DNA from: Chloroflexota bacterium | GTDB lineage: Bacteria > Chloroflexota > UBA6077 > CF-72 | Assembly (NCBI GenBank): GCA_005883405.1 | Contig: VBGG01000136.1 | Location: 1-49,742 of the forward strand | Direction of reading: 5' to 3' | DNA length: 49,742 nt | Shown here: piece by piece, positions 17,118 through 26,035 of the stretch | How the letters are laid out: the number at the start of each line of letters is the position of its first letter | How positions within the stretch are numbered: position 1 is the first letter of the stretch | The notes under the pieces: model-generated | What the model saw: the letters and a program-made list of their open reading frames with translations, nothing else | What the model was told of the DNA's origin: nothing | Database searches by the model: none | Program-made: the position numbers and the translations under genes

Positions 17118-18389
17118 CTATACGTCGTCGAACCGATACAGATCGTAGCGGTCCATCAAACCGATCAGCTTGCTGGCGTACGACGGGTCGGTCGCGTAGC
17201 CGGCGCGGTTGACTTCGCGGGCGAACTGTTGCGGGTCGGTCTTGACGGACATCGCGCGCGTGTAGCGGGAATTCTCGACAAAAAAGAGCCCGTGGTCGAC
17301 GAATGATTCGGAGATGGTGTGATAGGCGCGGAATGCCTGGGTCTGCATGATGCTGCGCCCACCGATGACCTCCCACACGTCGAACCAGATCGAGCCCGCC
17401 GAACCGCCACGCGTCTGGGCTTTGATGCCGAAATAGTTGTTCGCCTCGCGGGCGAGTCGACTCGAGCCCCAGTAGCTCTCGAGGATTGCCTGGGCGATGG
17501 TAACGCTGGCGGGAACGCCCGTCTGATCAGCCGTGGTGACTGCGGCTTCGGCGATCGATGCGATGAACTGTTCCTGCGGCGTGTTGCCAAGCACAGGCAG
17601 CTTGTGGGCGGGCGCGGTATTGATCACTGCCGCCACCTGGTCGTCGTTGTTGCCAGGCGGCGCCTGGACGGTATCGGGCACGGGCGCGACGACAACCCTG
17701 GTCGGGAGCGGCCGATAGCCGCCTGGGACCGCCAGTTTCTGGCCGACAACGATGATGTACGGATCGACCAGCTTGTTGGCGTTGATCACGTCCTGAATCA
17801 GCGCGTCATAGGCATTGGCCACGCTGGCGACCGTGTCGCCCGGGCTGACCACGTGGATCAGGCCAGAAAACGGCAGGATGTGCAGCTCCTGGCCCACGTG
17901 CAGGATGTCAGGATCGGTCAGGTCGTTCTCCCAGATGATGGTCTCGTTGGTGACGCTGAACTGCCGGGCGATCGTGCGCACGGAATCGCCGTCTTCGACG
18001 ACGTACGTGCGCATCGCCAGCTCCGCGTCAGGGCGGGAGGGCGTGGCAGCGTTCGCCGAGGGACGCTCATCGACCACCACCGTCGGTGCCGACTCTGCCT
18101 GAGCAGGCGCCTCGCGCGGCACGACCGTGGGCGGTGTCGTGAGGCTCCCCACATCGAGCGCGCGCAACGCCTGCGAGCTGGGGCGCAGGGCCGCTGTCTG
18201 TGTCTGGATTGAGACGCCGATCAGACCGCTGGCCAGGATCGCGCCGCAAGCGCCCAGGTGAAGGATCGGTCGCCGCCAGCGATCGACCAGCTCAGAAGCG
18301 CGCAGCGGCAGGGCTGTCCATCTCCCGACGGCGCATCTTACGCATAATGGCCGCGTGTCTGGCAATGGGGGCCGCCTGCCCCGCGACAC
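17118..18389 (-). CDS. Secreted/anchored peptidoglycan hydrolase with two LysM domains plus a C-terminal glucosaminidase (FlgJ/mannosyl-glycoprotein endo-beta-N-acetylglucosaminidase-like) domain
   Basis: LysM patterns are YVVEDGDSVRTIARQF...VGQELHI and HVVSPGDTVASVANAY...VGQKLAV. Glucosaminidase motif is TIAQAILESYWGSSRLAREANNYFGIKA. There is an N-terminal hydrophobic anchor. Confidence 0.85.
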   Translation of the reverse strand: MSRGRRPPLPDTRPLCVRCAVGRWTALPLRASELVDRWRRPILHLGACGAILASGLIGVSIQTQTAALRPSSQALRALDVGSLTTPPTVVPREAPAQAESAPTVVVDERPSANAATPSRPDAELAMRTYVVEDGDSVRTIARQFSVTNETIIWENDLTDPDILHVGQELHILPFSGLIHVVSPGDTVASVANAYDALIQDVINANKLVDPYIIVVGQKLAVPGGYRPLPTRVVVAPVPDTVQAPPGNNDDQVAAVINTAPAHKLPVLGNTPQEQFIASIAEAAVTTADQTGVPASVTIAQAILESYWGSSRLAREANNYFGIKAQTRGGSAGSIWFDVWEVIGGRSIMQTQAFRAYHTISESFVDHGLFFVENSRYTRAMSVKTDPQQFAREVNRAGYATDPSYASKLIGLMDRYDLYRFDDV

Positions 18390-18426
18390 CGCGCAACAGG
18401 ATGAGCGTCATCCACCAGCGCCGTTC

Positions 18427-19227
18427 ATGCCCGGTGAGCTCGCGCTCCTGCTGGATCCAGACGGCAAGCGCTTCCTGGTACGGCTCGCGGAGCTGGACAG
18501 CCTGCACCACCACCGCGGCGCTGTTCGCCACGCGGACGTCATCGGCCAGCCAGAAGGCGCACAGGTGCGATCGAGCCAGGGGCGACTGTTCACGGCGGTG
18601 CGGCCGCGATTGATCGACTACGTCCTGGACATGCCGCGCAAGAGCGGCATCGTCTACCCCAAAGACGCCGCCAACCTGGTCGCCTGGGCAGACGTGGCAC
18701 CCGGCCAGCGCGTGCTCGAGTCGGGCGTTGGTTCGGGCGCGCTGACGCTTGCCTTGCTACGCGCGGTAGGCGATCGCGGCCAGGTGATCGGCTATGAAGC
18801 CCGCGCCGATTTCATCGAGCTGGCGCTGTCGAACGTCCACGCGTTTGCGGGCGGGCCGGCGGGCAATCTTCTCATACGCGAGCGCGACGTCTACGCAGGC
18901 CTGATCGATACCGAGCTGGATCGCATGGTGCTCGACCTGCCTGAGCCATGGCGCGTGCTGCCGCATGTGCCGAGCGCATTGCGGCCAGGGGGTTGGATCG
19001 CCGCGTATACCCCGTCCATCGTCCAGGCCAGCCAGTTCGTCGAGGCGACGCGCGCCGCCCGCCAGTACGTGCAGGTCGAAACGCATGAGGTGCTGCTGCG
19101 CGCCTGGCACATCCGGGATCAGGCGGTACGGCCCGAGCAGCAGATGGTCGGCCACACGGGGTTTGTGAGCGTGGCACGCTTCGTCTGCGACGCTCGTGAA
19201 CGTGGCAGCCGAACGCACCTTGCGTGA
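18427..19227 (+). CDS. trmI: tRNA (adenine-N1)-methyltransferase, TrmI/GCD14 family
   Basis: Start taken at ATG 18427 to avoid overlap with the divergent gene. Pattern: IVYPKDA, VLESGVGSGALTLAL, DLPEPW. Confidence 0.8.
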   Translation: MPGELALLLDPDGKRFLVRLAELDSLHHHRGAVRHADVIGQPEGAQVRSSQGRLFTAVRPRLIDYVLDMPRKSGIVYPKDAANLVAWADVAPGQRVLESGVGSGALTLALLRAVGDRGQVIGYEARADFIELALSNVHAFAGGPAGNLLIRERDVYAGLIDTELDRMVLDLPEPWRVLPHVPSALRPGGWIAAYTPSIVQASQFVEATRAARQYVQVETHEVLLRAWHIRDQAVRPEQQMVGHTGFVSVARFVCDARERGSRTHLA

Positions 19228-19319
19228 TAGAATCGTTGGGCACTTGGGCCCGCCGGTGAGGGTGGTGTGGCTCCCGCGCGGGACTTGCCCGCACTCCGGA
19301 TGCCCTGAAAGGATGCCCT

Positions 19320-19706
19320 GTGACGCAGACCAAGAATACGCAGAGTGATTCGGACGGCGCGCGCGCGGGGCTGAATCGTGACCAGGCCCGTCGGGGGTCG
19401 ACGCTGGGCGCCAGCAACCGTGCGCGCGGGGCGGCAGTGGTCAGCGGGACCGCACCGGCGCGTCCGGCCATGCCGCTCGCCGGCGCTGGCGGTCGACGCG
19501 GCCGGGGTAATCCACTCGATTTCATCCGCGACGTCCGTTCGGAGCTGCGTAAGGTGGCCTGGCCGTCCCAGCGCGAGACGATCAACCTGACTGCCGTCGT
19601 CATTGCCTTTTCTGTCGCCGTGGGTCTGTTTCTGGGCGGTATCGACTACGTTTTCCAGGAGCTCTTCCGTTTGCTGCTCGGGATCGGCCAGGGCGGGGGC
19701 CTCTGA
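19320..19706 (+). CDS. secE: Preprotein translocase subunit SecE with a long basic N-terminal extension (start uncertain)
   Basis: C-terminal FIRDVRSELRKVAWPSQRETINLTAVVIAFSVAV is the conserved SecE TM region. It lies directly upstream of nusG. Confidence 0.8.
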   Translation: MTQTKNTQSDSDGARAGLNRDQARRGSTLGASNRARGAAVVSGTAPARPAMPLAGAGGRRGRGNPLDFIRDVRSELRKVAWPSQRETINLTAVVIAFSVAVGLFLGGIDYVFQELFRLLLGIGQGGGL

Positions 19707-20282
19707 GTGGTCGATCAGATGAGCGTGACGGACAGCAGCAACGGCGCTGCCGACCAGGACCGCAAGTGGTACGTGATTCACACGTACTCGGGCTACGAGA
19801 ACAAGGTCAAGACCAACCTCGAGCACCGCATCGAGTCCATGGGCGTGCAAGACAAGATCTTTCAGGTGGTCATTCCCGCTGAGGAAGAGATCGAGATCAA
19901 AGACGGCCAGCGCCGCACGGTCCAGAAGAAGGTTTACCCGGGCTACGTCATGGTCGAAATGGCCATGGACGACGACGCGTGGTATGTCGTGCGCAATACG
20001 CCAGGCGTGACTGGCTTCGTGGGCACCACCACACGCCCTTCGCCGCTGCAGGACGAGGAAGTCAAAAAGATCCTCAAGAAGATCGGCCAGGAGCCGCCCA
20101 AGGTCAAGGTCAGCTTCACCAAGGGCGAGCGCGTCAAGGTGGTCGATGGCCCGTTTACCGACTTCATCGGTGTGGTCGACGACATCAACCCAGAAAAGGG
20201 CAAAGTCCGCGTGTTGGTGTCCTTCTTCGGCCGCGAAACGCCCGTCGAACTCGACTTTCTCCAGGTTCAGAGGATCGTCTAA
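19707..20282 (+). CDS. nusG: Transcription termination/antitermination factor NusG
   Basis: KWYVIHTYSGYENKV NGN start and a KOW region (GERVKVVDGPFTDFIGVV). Start is GTG 19707 or ATG 19719. Confidence 0.93.
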   Translation: MVDQMSVTDSSNGAADQDRKWYVIHTYSGYENKVKTNLEHRIESMGVQDKIFQVVIPAEEEIEIKDGQRRTVQKKVYPGYVMVEMAMDDDAWYVVRNTPGVTGFVGTTTRPSPLQDEEVKKILKKIGQEPPKVKVSFTKGERVKVVDGPFTDFIGVVDDINPEKGKVRVLVSFFGRETPVELDFLQVQRIV

Positions 20283-20288
20283 GGCTCT

Positions 20289-20714
20289 ATGGCCAAAAAA
20301 GTAAAAGCGGTCATCACGCTCCAGTTGCCGGCTGGCAAAGCCACGCCTGCCCCGCCCGTCGGCCCGGCGTTGGGCCAGCACGGCATCAACATGATGGCGT
20401 TCCTCAAGGAGTACAACGAGCGCACCGCCAGCCAGGCGGGCATGGTGATCCCGGCGCTGATCACGATCTTCGAGGATCGCTCGTTCAACTTCGTCACCAA
20501 GACGCCGCCGGCCGCCGACCTGATCAAAAAGGCTGCCAACATCGATAAGGGCAGCGGCACGCCAGGCCGCGCTACAGCCGGCACCATCCGCCGCGCCAAG
20601 GTACGCGAGATCGCCGAGCTCAAGATGAAGGATTTGAACGCCAAGGACATCGAAGGCGCCATGCGCATGATCGAAGGCGCTGCCCGCAGCATGGGCGTGG
20701 CCGTTCAGGAGTGA
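20289..20714 (+). CDS. rplK: 50S ribosomal protein L11 (uL11)
   Basis: 141 aa. [25 protein letters not shown] is highly conserved L11 sequence. Confidence 0.97.
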   Translation: MAKKVKAVITLQLPAGKATPAPPVGPALGQHGINMMAFLKEYNERTASQAGMVIPALITIFEDRSFNFVTKTPPAADLIKKAANIDKGSGTPGRATAGTIRRAKVREIAELKMKDLNAKDIEGAMRMIEGAARSMGVAVQE

Positions 20715-20765
20715 CGTTCAGCAACACAGGGAGAGTGGTCCGCGCCAGCGGCTCCTAAGAAAAAG

Positions 20766-21479
20766 ATGGCAAGACGAGGAAAGAAGTACCGCGCCGCTTC
20801 CGAAAAGGTCGACCCCCTCAAGCAGTACGCGCCCGACGAAGGCGTCAAGCTGGTCAAAGAGACCGCGTTCGCCAAATTCGACGAGTCCGTCGAGCTGCAC
20901 ATTCGCACGGGTCTGGATCCGAAGCATGCCGATCAGCAGGTGCGTGGCTCAGCGGTCCTGCCAGCGGGGACCGGACGCACGCAGCGCGTGGTGGCCTTCG
21001 CCCAGGGCGACAAGGCCCGCGAGGCCGAAGCTGCCGGGGCAGACATCGTCGGTGCCGAAGAGTTGGTGCAACGCGTGCAAGGCGGCTGGACAGACTTCGA
21101 TGTGGCCGTAGCCACGCCCGACATGATGGGCATGGTCGGTCGGCTGGGTAAAGTCCTCGGGCCACGTGGCCTGATGCCCAATCCGCGCTCAGGCACGGTC
21201 ACGCCTGACATCGGGCGCGCCATCCGCGAGATCAAGGGTGGTCGTGTCGAGTTCCGCGTGGACCGCACGGGTGTGATCCACGCGCCCATCGGCAAGGTCA
21301 GCTTCTCGGAAGACAAGATCATGCAGAACCTGGGCGCGCTCGTGGATGCCATCGTGCGCGCCAAGCCGAGTGGCGCCAAGGGCCAGTACATCCGCACGCT
21401 GAACATCGCTTCGACGATGGGTCCAGGCGTCAACCTCGACCAGCAGGCCACATTGGCGCTGGCCAGCTCGGAAACATAA
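20766..21479 (+). CDS. rplA: 50S ribosomal protein L1 (uL1)
   Basis: 237 aa. Typical L1 sequence ([37 protein letters not shown]). Confidence 0.97.
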   Translation: MARRGKKYRAASEKVDPLKQYAPDEGVKLVKETAFAKFDESVELHIRTGLDPKHADQQVRGSAVLPAGTGRTQRVVAFAQGDKAREAEAAGADIVGAEELVQRVQGGWTDFDVAVATPDMMGMVGRLGKVLGPRGLMPNPRSGTVTPDIGRAIREIKGGRVEFRVDRTGVIHAPIGKVSFSEDKIMQNLGALVDAIVRAKPSGAKGQYIRTLNIASTMGPGVNLDQQATLALASSET

Positions 21480-21580
21480 ACTTCATCACACCAACTGCAT
21501 AGCCGAAGACCGCCGGTCGCTCCCGTGAGTCGGGAGCCGAAGCGCTGGTTGTCCGACCAGCGACCTGCCGAGGCGACGTC

Positions 21581-21682
21581 CGTTCACGCGTTCGCGCGTT
21601 CGCGCGTTCCGGTGTGTAACCTCCGTCCCTCCCCAGGTCGGAGGTTTTTTCATGAACGCGAGAACGCGCGAACGCGTGAACG
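21581..21682. repeat. Octamer-array inverted repeat (family A) in the rplJ leader, with arms at 21581-21610 and 21654-21682
   Basis: CGTTCACGCGTTCGCGCGTTCGCGCGTTCC faces GAACGCGAGAACGCGCGAACGCGTGAACG. The arms enclose the terminator hairpin. Confidence 0.85.
21619..21650 (+). terminator. Intrinsic terminator/attenuator hairpin in the rplJ leader
   Basis: ACCTCCG stem, 13-nt loop, CGGAGGT stem, followed by TTTTTT. It sits 49 nt upstream of the rplJ ATG. Confidence 0.7.
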
Positions 21683-21698
21683 TTAAGAAAGGAGCGCG

Positions 21699-22262
21699 AT
21701 GGCCAAAAGTCGCGTAAAAGCTCGGGCCGAAAAGGATTCGGCCATCGACGACCTTGCCACTCGTCTCGGCCGCGCTGAGATCGCCGTACTCACCGAGTAC
21801 CGCGGGCTCAGCGTGTCCGAGCTGCAGGATCTGCGCGGTCGGCTGCGACCACTCGGAGTGGACTACGTCGTCGCCAAGAACACGCTGACCCGCTTCGCCG
21901 CCGAGCGCAGCGGCCGCACTGGCATCGTCGACGACCTGGTCGGCCCGACCGCCATCGCCTTCGGCGCTGACCCGGTAGCCACCGCCAAGGCGCTGCAAGA
22001 CTACACACGCGTCAATCGCGTGTTCGTGCTCAAGGCGGGGCTGCTGGGCGACCGGCGGATCGACCGCAAAGAGGTCGAGCAGCTAGCGAGCCTGCCGCCC
22101 GCCGAGCAGCTGCGGGGTCGCGTCTTCGGCATGATCGTTGGGCCGCTGCAGCGGACGGTCAGCGTGCTGTCCGCGCCGCTCGCCGGTATGGCGCGACTGA
22201 TCGACGCGCGCCGTCAACAACTTGAAGAGACTGGCGGCGAGGCCGCAGCAGGAGGTGGAGAT
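21699..22262 (+). CDS. rplJ: 50S ribosomal protein L10 (uL10). It has no stop codon of its own and the frame continues into rplL.
   Basis: L10-like sequence through ...[22 protein letters not shown]. The next codon is the rplL ATG in the same frame (single 317 aa ORF in the track). Confidence 0.85.
22250..22257 (+). promoter_or_regulatory. Shine-Dalgarno sequence AGGAGGTG for rplL, embedded in the rplJ reading frame
   Basis: It lies 5 nt upstream of ATG 22263. Confidence 0.75.
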
Positions 22263-22652
22263 ATGGCATCGGTTGACGAGCTGGTAGAAAACTTGAGTGA
22301 TCTGAAGGTGCTCGATCTGGCGAATCTGGTCAAGCGCCTCGAAGAGGCCTGGGGTGTGTCCGCGGCTGCTGTCGCGGCGCCAGTCGCGGTCGGCGCGGGC
22401 CCGGCGACCGACGGCGCGGCGGCTGCGCCCGTCGAAGCGCAAACCGAGTTCGACGTGGTCTTGAAGGACTTCGGCGCAAAGAAGATCGAAGTCATCAAGG
22501 TCGTGCGCGAGTTGACCAACCTGGGTTTGAAAGAGGCCAAGGATCTGGTCGAAGCAGCGCCCAAGCCAGTCCTGGAGAGCGTTGCCAAGGACGCGGCCGA
22601 CGCCGCCGCGGGCAAGCTCCGCGACGCGGGCGCCACAGTAGACGTAACGTAG
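22263..22652 (+). CDS. rplL: 50S ribosomal protein L7/L12 (bL12)
   Basis: 129 aa. An N-terminal dimerisation helix, an Ala/Pro hinge and the C-terminal domain [35 protein letters not shown]. Confidence 0.95.
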   Translation: MASVDELVENLSDLKVLDLANLVKRLEEAWGVSAAAVAAPVAVGAGPATDGAAAAPVEAQTEFDVVLKDFGAKKIEVIKVVRELTNLGLKEAKDLVEAAPKPVLESVAKDAADAAAGKLRDAGATVDVT

Positions 22653-22658
22653 CCTGGC

Positions 22659-24260
22659 TCAGGTGTTCAGCGGGAGCCGCACGACAAAGCGGCTCCCGCC
22701 GTCCATCGGAAACTCTGCACAGATGCTGCCGCCGTGCATCTCTACGATCTGGCGGCTGACGTAGAGCCCCAGCCCGAGGCCGCTGCGGCTGCCACTGCCG
22801 TGGGCCTGGTAGAAACGCTCGAAGATGTCAGCCCGCTTCTCGGGCGGAATGCCGAGCCCATGGTCGCGCACTGACAGCTCGGCGTGCTCATCGTCGCCGC
22901 GCGCCAGGACCACCTGGATGTCGCCACCATTGGGGCTGTACTTCACGGCGTTGTCGAGCAGGTTGGTGATGACCTGCTCCACACGGAGCGCATCGACGTA
23001 TGCTTCGAGTGACTCCGGCAGTTCCAGATCGATCGTGTGCCACGCACAGGTCGCCTGGGTGTTGGCCACCAGCTGATCGACGAGCGGTACCAGGTCCGTC
23101 GTCTCGCGTTCGAGCTCGAGCTTGCCAGTCTCCAGGCGCGAGACGTCGAGCAGCTGGTGGACGAGCCGAGACAGCCTGGCGGCCTGACCGTTGACCACGC
23201 CGAACGCCTCCTGGATACGCAACGCGTCGACATCGCCGCGGTGCGCCCTGCGCGTCATCAGCTGCGCTTGCACCTGAAGGGTGGCGATCGGCGTCCTGAG
23301 CTCGTGCGACGCGATCGACAGGAACTCATCCCGCAAGCGCAGCGCTTCCTCCACTTCGCGTCGAGCGCGGACCAGCTCGGTCACTTCGACGGCGTGCGCA
23401 AGCAGCAGCTGGCCCCGATCGTCGCTGAGCGGCTGGCAGATGAAATTGAAGAAGCGGGCAAGCTGTCCGTCCGGACAGCCGATGCGCAGCTCGCGGGCGG
23501 AAACCGGCTGACCGGTCGAAAGCACCTGATCGAAGATGGCCTGGCTCACCTCGGCGAACTCGGCGAAAACCTCTCGGAACGGCTTGCCGAGCGCGTCGGT
23601 GTTTCCGCCAGTCAACGCCTGGGCAACCGGATTCAAGAACTCGATCGTGTGCTCTGGCCCGCGCAGCAGCGTGATGGCCGCTGGTAAGCCAGAAAGGATC
23701 TCGCGCAATCGATCGCGCTCGCGGTCGGCCTCGGCGCGCGCGGCCTGCTCACGGATCAGCTCTTCGTGCGCCTCGCGCGCCCGATATTGGTCGGACACGT
23801 CGAAGCCGACACCCTGCAGGAACAGGAGCTGTCCCTCCTCGTCGCGCACAAGGCGTGCCTCGGCGTGCACCCACACCGTCTCACCACCGCGCGTCATGAC
23901 GCGGACGACGTCGCGGAAGGGCGCGCCCGTCAAACACAGCGCGCCGAACTTCTGACTCACTCGATCCCTATCGTCGGGGTGCGTCTGGCGATACCACAGC
24001 ACGGGATCGCTGACCCACTCTTCCTGCGTGAAGCCCAGCAGCGACTCGATCTGTGGGCTGACGTAGATCTCATTCTTCCCACCAGACAACGAGGCCAGGA
24101 ACGTGACCGCGGGTATCTGCTCGATGAGCGTTCGATAACGGACTGCAGCCAGGAGACGGCTCTGTTCGAGCGGTTCGTCCGCACGGGTGTTGCTTGCACC
24201 CAGCTGAACGCCGACTGATGCAAGCGATGCGAGCGTGGCCAGACCGTCTTCTATCGTCAC
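22659..24260 (-). CDS. Soluble sensor histidine kinase (PAS-PAS-HisKA-HATPase_c)
   Basis: H-box SIASHELRTPIATL, N-box DNAVKYSP, G-boxes DHGLGIP and GLGLGLYVSRQIV. No TM segments. The GTG start at 24260 overlaps the hydrogenase stop (GTGA); the alternative ATG at 24344 lies inside the hydrogenase gene. Confidence 0.88.
   Translation of the reverse strand: MTIEDGLATLASLASVGVQLGASNTRADEPLEQSRLLAAVRYRTLIEQIPAVTFLASLSGGKNEIYVSPQIESLLGFTQEEWVSDPVLWYRQTHPDDRDRVSQKFGALCLTGAPFRDVVRVMTRGGETVWVHAEARLVRDEEGQLLFLQGVGFDVSDQYRAREAHEELIREQAARAEADRERDRLREILSGLPAAITLLRGPEHTIEFLNPVAQALTGGNTDALGKPFREVFAEFAEVSQAIFDQVLSTGQPVSARELRIGCPDGQLARFFNFICQPLSDDRGQLLLAHAVEVTELVRARREVEEALRLRDEFLSIASHELRTPIATLQVQAQLMTRRAHRGDVDALRIQEAFGVVNGQAARLSRLVHQLLDVSRLETGKLELERETTDLVPLVDQLVANTQATCAWHTIDLELPESLEAYVDALRVEQVITNLLDNAVKYSPNGGDIQVVLARGDDEHAELSVRDHGLGIPPEKRADIFERFYQAHGSGSRSGLGLGLYVSRQIVEMHGGSICAEFPMDGGSRFVVRLPLNT
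22670..22699 (+). terminator. Possible rplL terminator hairpin lying inside the 3' end of the convergent kinase gene
   Basis: 11-bp GC stem GCGGGAGCCGC / GCGGCTCCCGC with an 8-nt loop, 18 nt after the rplL stop. No U-tract. Confidence 0.35.
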
Positions 24261-26026
24261 CGCTGCGCGCCGACTGTCGGCGAATGTCGCCGTTCCACCA
24301 CGCGGCCGTCGCCAACGTACATGTGCACGCCGCACGGGAGGCACGGGTCGAAGCTACGCACCGTGCGCATGATGTCGATGCCCGTGAACGAGTCCGGCCC
24401 GTTCTCCTCGAACAGCGGCGTGTTCTGGATAGCGTCCTCGTAGGGCCCGGGGGCGCCGAACGAGTCGCGCGGACTGGCATTCCAGGCGGTTGGCGGATAC
24501 GGGTGATAGTTGGCGATCTTGCCGTTTTGAATCACCGCGTGGTGGGATAATCCGCCGCGTACGGCTTCGTGGAATCCGCAGCCGATGGCCTCATCCGGCA
24601 CGCTGAAGCTGGACCAGGTGTCGGTGCGGCCCGCGTACAGCTCACTCAGGCCCTGTTCGGCAAAGTACAGGGCGGCCGCAGCGGCGTACGCCTGGAAGTA
24701 CGAGCGTGCCCGATCCCGTTCGAGCGTATTGGCCCAGCGCGGAATCCGCCACTCGAGCTCGGCTTCGGGCAGATTGGCAGTCTTCGGCAAGCCGATGCTG
24801 ACTTTGCCGTCGGCAGCCTTGATCGAGCCGAAATCGACGCGTTCGGCGAGCGCCGTGGCCCACAGGCGAGCCAGCGGTCCGCCGCCCGTGTCGAGCGCCA
24901 GCAGTGACTGCGAGCGAACGTCAAACCAGCGCGGCGACATGACCCACGTGTAGCGGCCGCTGAAGTCGCGGTTCTGCGGTTTGGGCAGCGTCGTCTGGTT
25001 CCATGGGTGGCGTTTGTCGATCGGGTTGCCGAGCGGGTCCCTGTCCACGAACGTCTGTTGCTCCTGCCAGTCGTCGTAGAAGGAGCTGCCGAGCAAGATG
25101 CGGATGCCCAGGTTGATCTCGACCAGGTCGGTGGTGATCAGCTGGCCGTCGACGACGATGCCCGGTGTGACGTGCATGTTGCGGCCCCAATTGCTCATCG
25201 TCTCGTAGCGGAAGTCGCATGCTTCGGGGTCCTGAAAAGCGCCCATGCACGCTAGCAGCACACGACGCTGTCCGACCGCCTCGTAGCCAGGCAGGGCCTG
25301 GTAGAAGAAGTCGAACAGGTCATCGTGGAGCGGGACCATCCTCTTGATGAACTCGATGTACCTGGTGAGGCGGACGATGTACTCCGAGAAGAGCTGCACG
25401 CTCGGCACCGTGCCGACGCCGCCCGGATAGAGCGTCGACGGATGCACGTGCCGTCCTTCCATCAGACAGAACATTTCGCGCGCCAGGCGGCTCATCTGCA
25501 GTGCTTCGCGGTACAGCGCCCCTTCGAACGGGTTGAGCGCACGCATGATGTCGGCGATGGTTCGATAGCCGTGCCACTCGACGTGTGGAGCCGCGGTGTT
25601 CTCCGCGCGACCGAGGACGCCCGGGTTGGTTTCCCGCACCATCTGCTCGCAGAAGTCCACGCCGACCATGTTGTCCTGGAAGAGGTTGTGGTCGAACATG
25701 TACTCGGCCGCTTCACCGCAGTTGATGATCCACTCGGCGAGTGCAGGCGGTCGCACATTGAATGCCATGTTCTGCGTGTACACCGCGCAGGTGGCGTGGT
25801 TATCGCCGCAAATCCCGCAGATTCGACTGGTGATGAAGTGCGCGTCGCGCGGATCTTTGCCGCGCATGAAGACGCTATAGCCGCGGAAGATGGATGACGT
25901 CGTACGGCAGTCGGCCACCTGGCGATTGGCGAAATCGATTCGGGTGTGTACGCCGAGACTGCCGATGACCCGCGTGATCGGATCCCACGACATCTCGACC
26001 AGGCCGCTGCCGTTGTCGTGCGACAC
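24257..26026 (-). CDS. hhyL: [NiFe]-hydrogenase large subunit, group 1h (formerly group 5, high-affinity) type
   Basis: 589 aa. The N-terminal Ni-Fe ligand motif is TSRICGICGDNHA. The C-terminal motif is SFDPCLPCGVH followed by a 21 aa tail. Confidence 0.85.
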   Translation of the reverse strand: MSHDNGSGLVEMSWDPITRVIGSLGVHTRIDFANRQVADCRTTSSIFRGYSVFMRGKDPRDAHFITSRICGICGDNHATCAVYTQNMAFNVRPPALAEWIINCGEAAEYMFDHNLFQDNMVGVDFCEQMVRETNPGVLGRAENTAAPHVEWHGYRTIADIMRALNPFEGALYREALQMSRLAREMFCLMEGRHVHPSTLYPGGVGTVPSVQLFSEYIVRLTRYIEFIKRMVPLHDDLFDFFYQALPGYEAVGQRRVLLACMGAFQDPEACDFRYETMSNWGRNMHVTPGIVVDGQLITTDLVEINLGIRILLGSSFYDDWQEQQTFVDRDPLGNPIDKRHPWNQTTLPKPQNRDFSGRYTWVMSPRWFDVRSQSLLALDTGGGPLARLWATALAERVDFGSIKAADGKVSIGLPKTANLPEAELEWRIPRWANTLERDRARSYFQAYAAAAALYFAEQGLSELYAGRTDTWSSFSVPDEAIGCGFHEAVRGGLSHHAVIQNGKIANYHPYPPTAWNASPRDSFGAPGPYEDAIQNTPLFEENGPDSFTGIDIMRTVRSFDPCLPCGVHMYVGDGRVVERRHSPTVGAQR

Positions 26027-26035
26027 GCGTGGCCT

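Noticed and set aside
19228-19319. A tRNA (often tRNA-Trp) or rpmG expected upstream of secE-nusG.
   Set aside because: I could not find a T-arm GTTCGAATC-like box or a cloverleaf in the 92 nt gap. It contains only a short direct repeat (GGATGCCCTG twice). No small ribosomal-protein ORF is present.
24257-26026. Interpreting the hydrogenase as a classical group 2b regulatory (HoxC/HupV-type) H2 sensor because of the adjacent kinase.
   Set aside because: The large subunit keeps a 21 aa tail after the DPCxxCxxH motif, and its L1/L2 motifs match what I recall for group 1h rather than 2b. I therefore report it as a 1h-like enzyme with an unusual kinase linkage, pending phylogeny.
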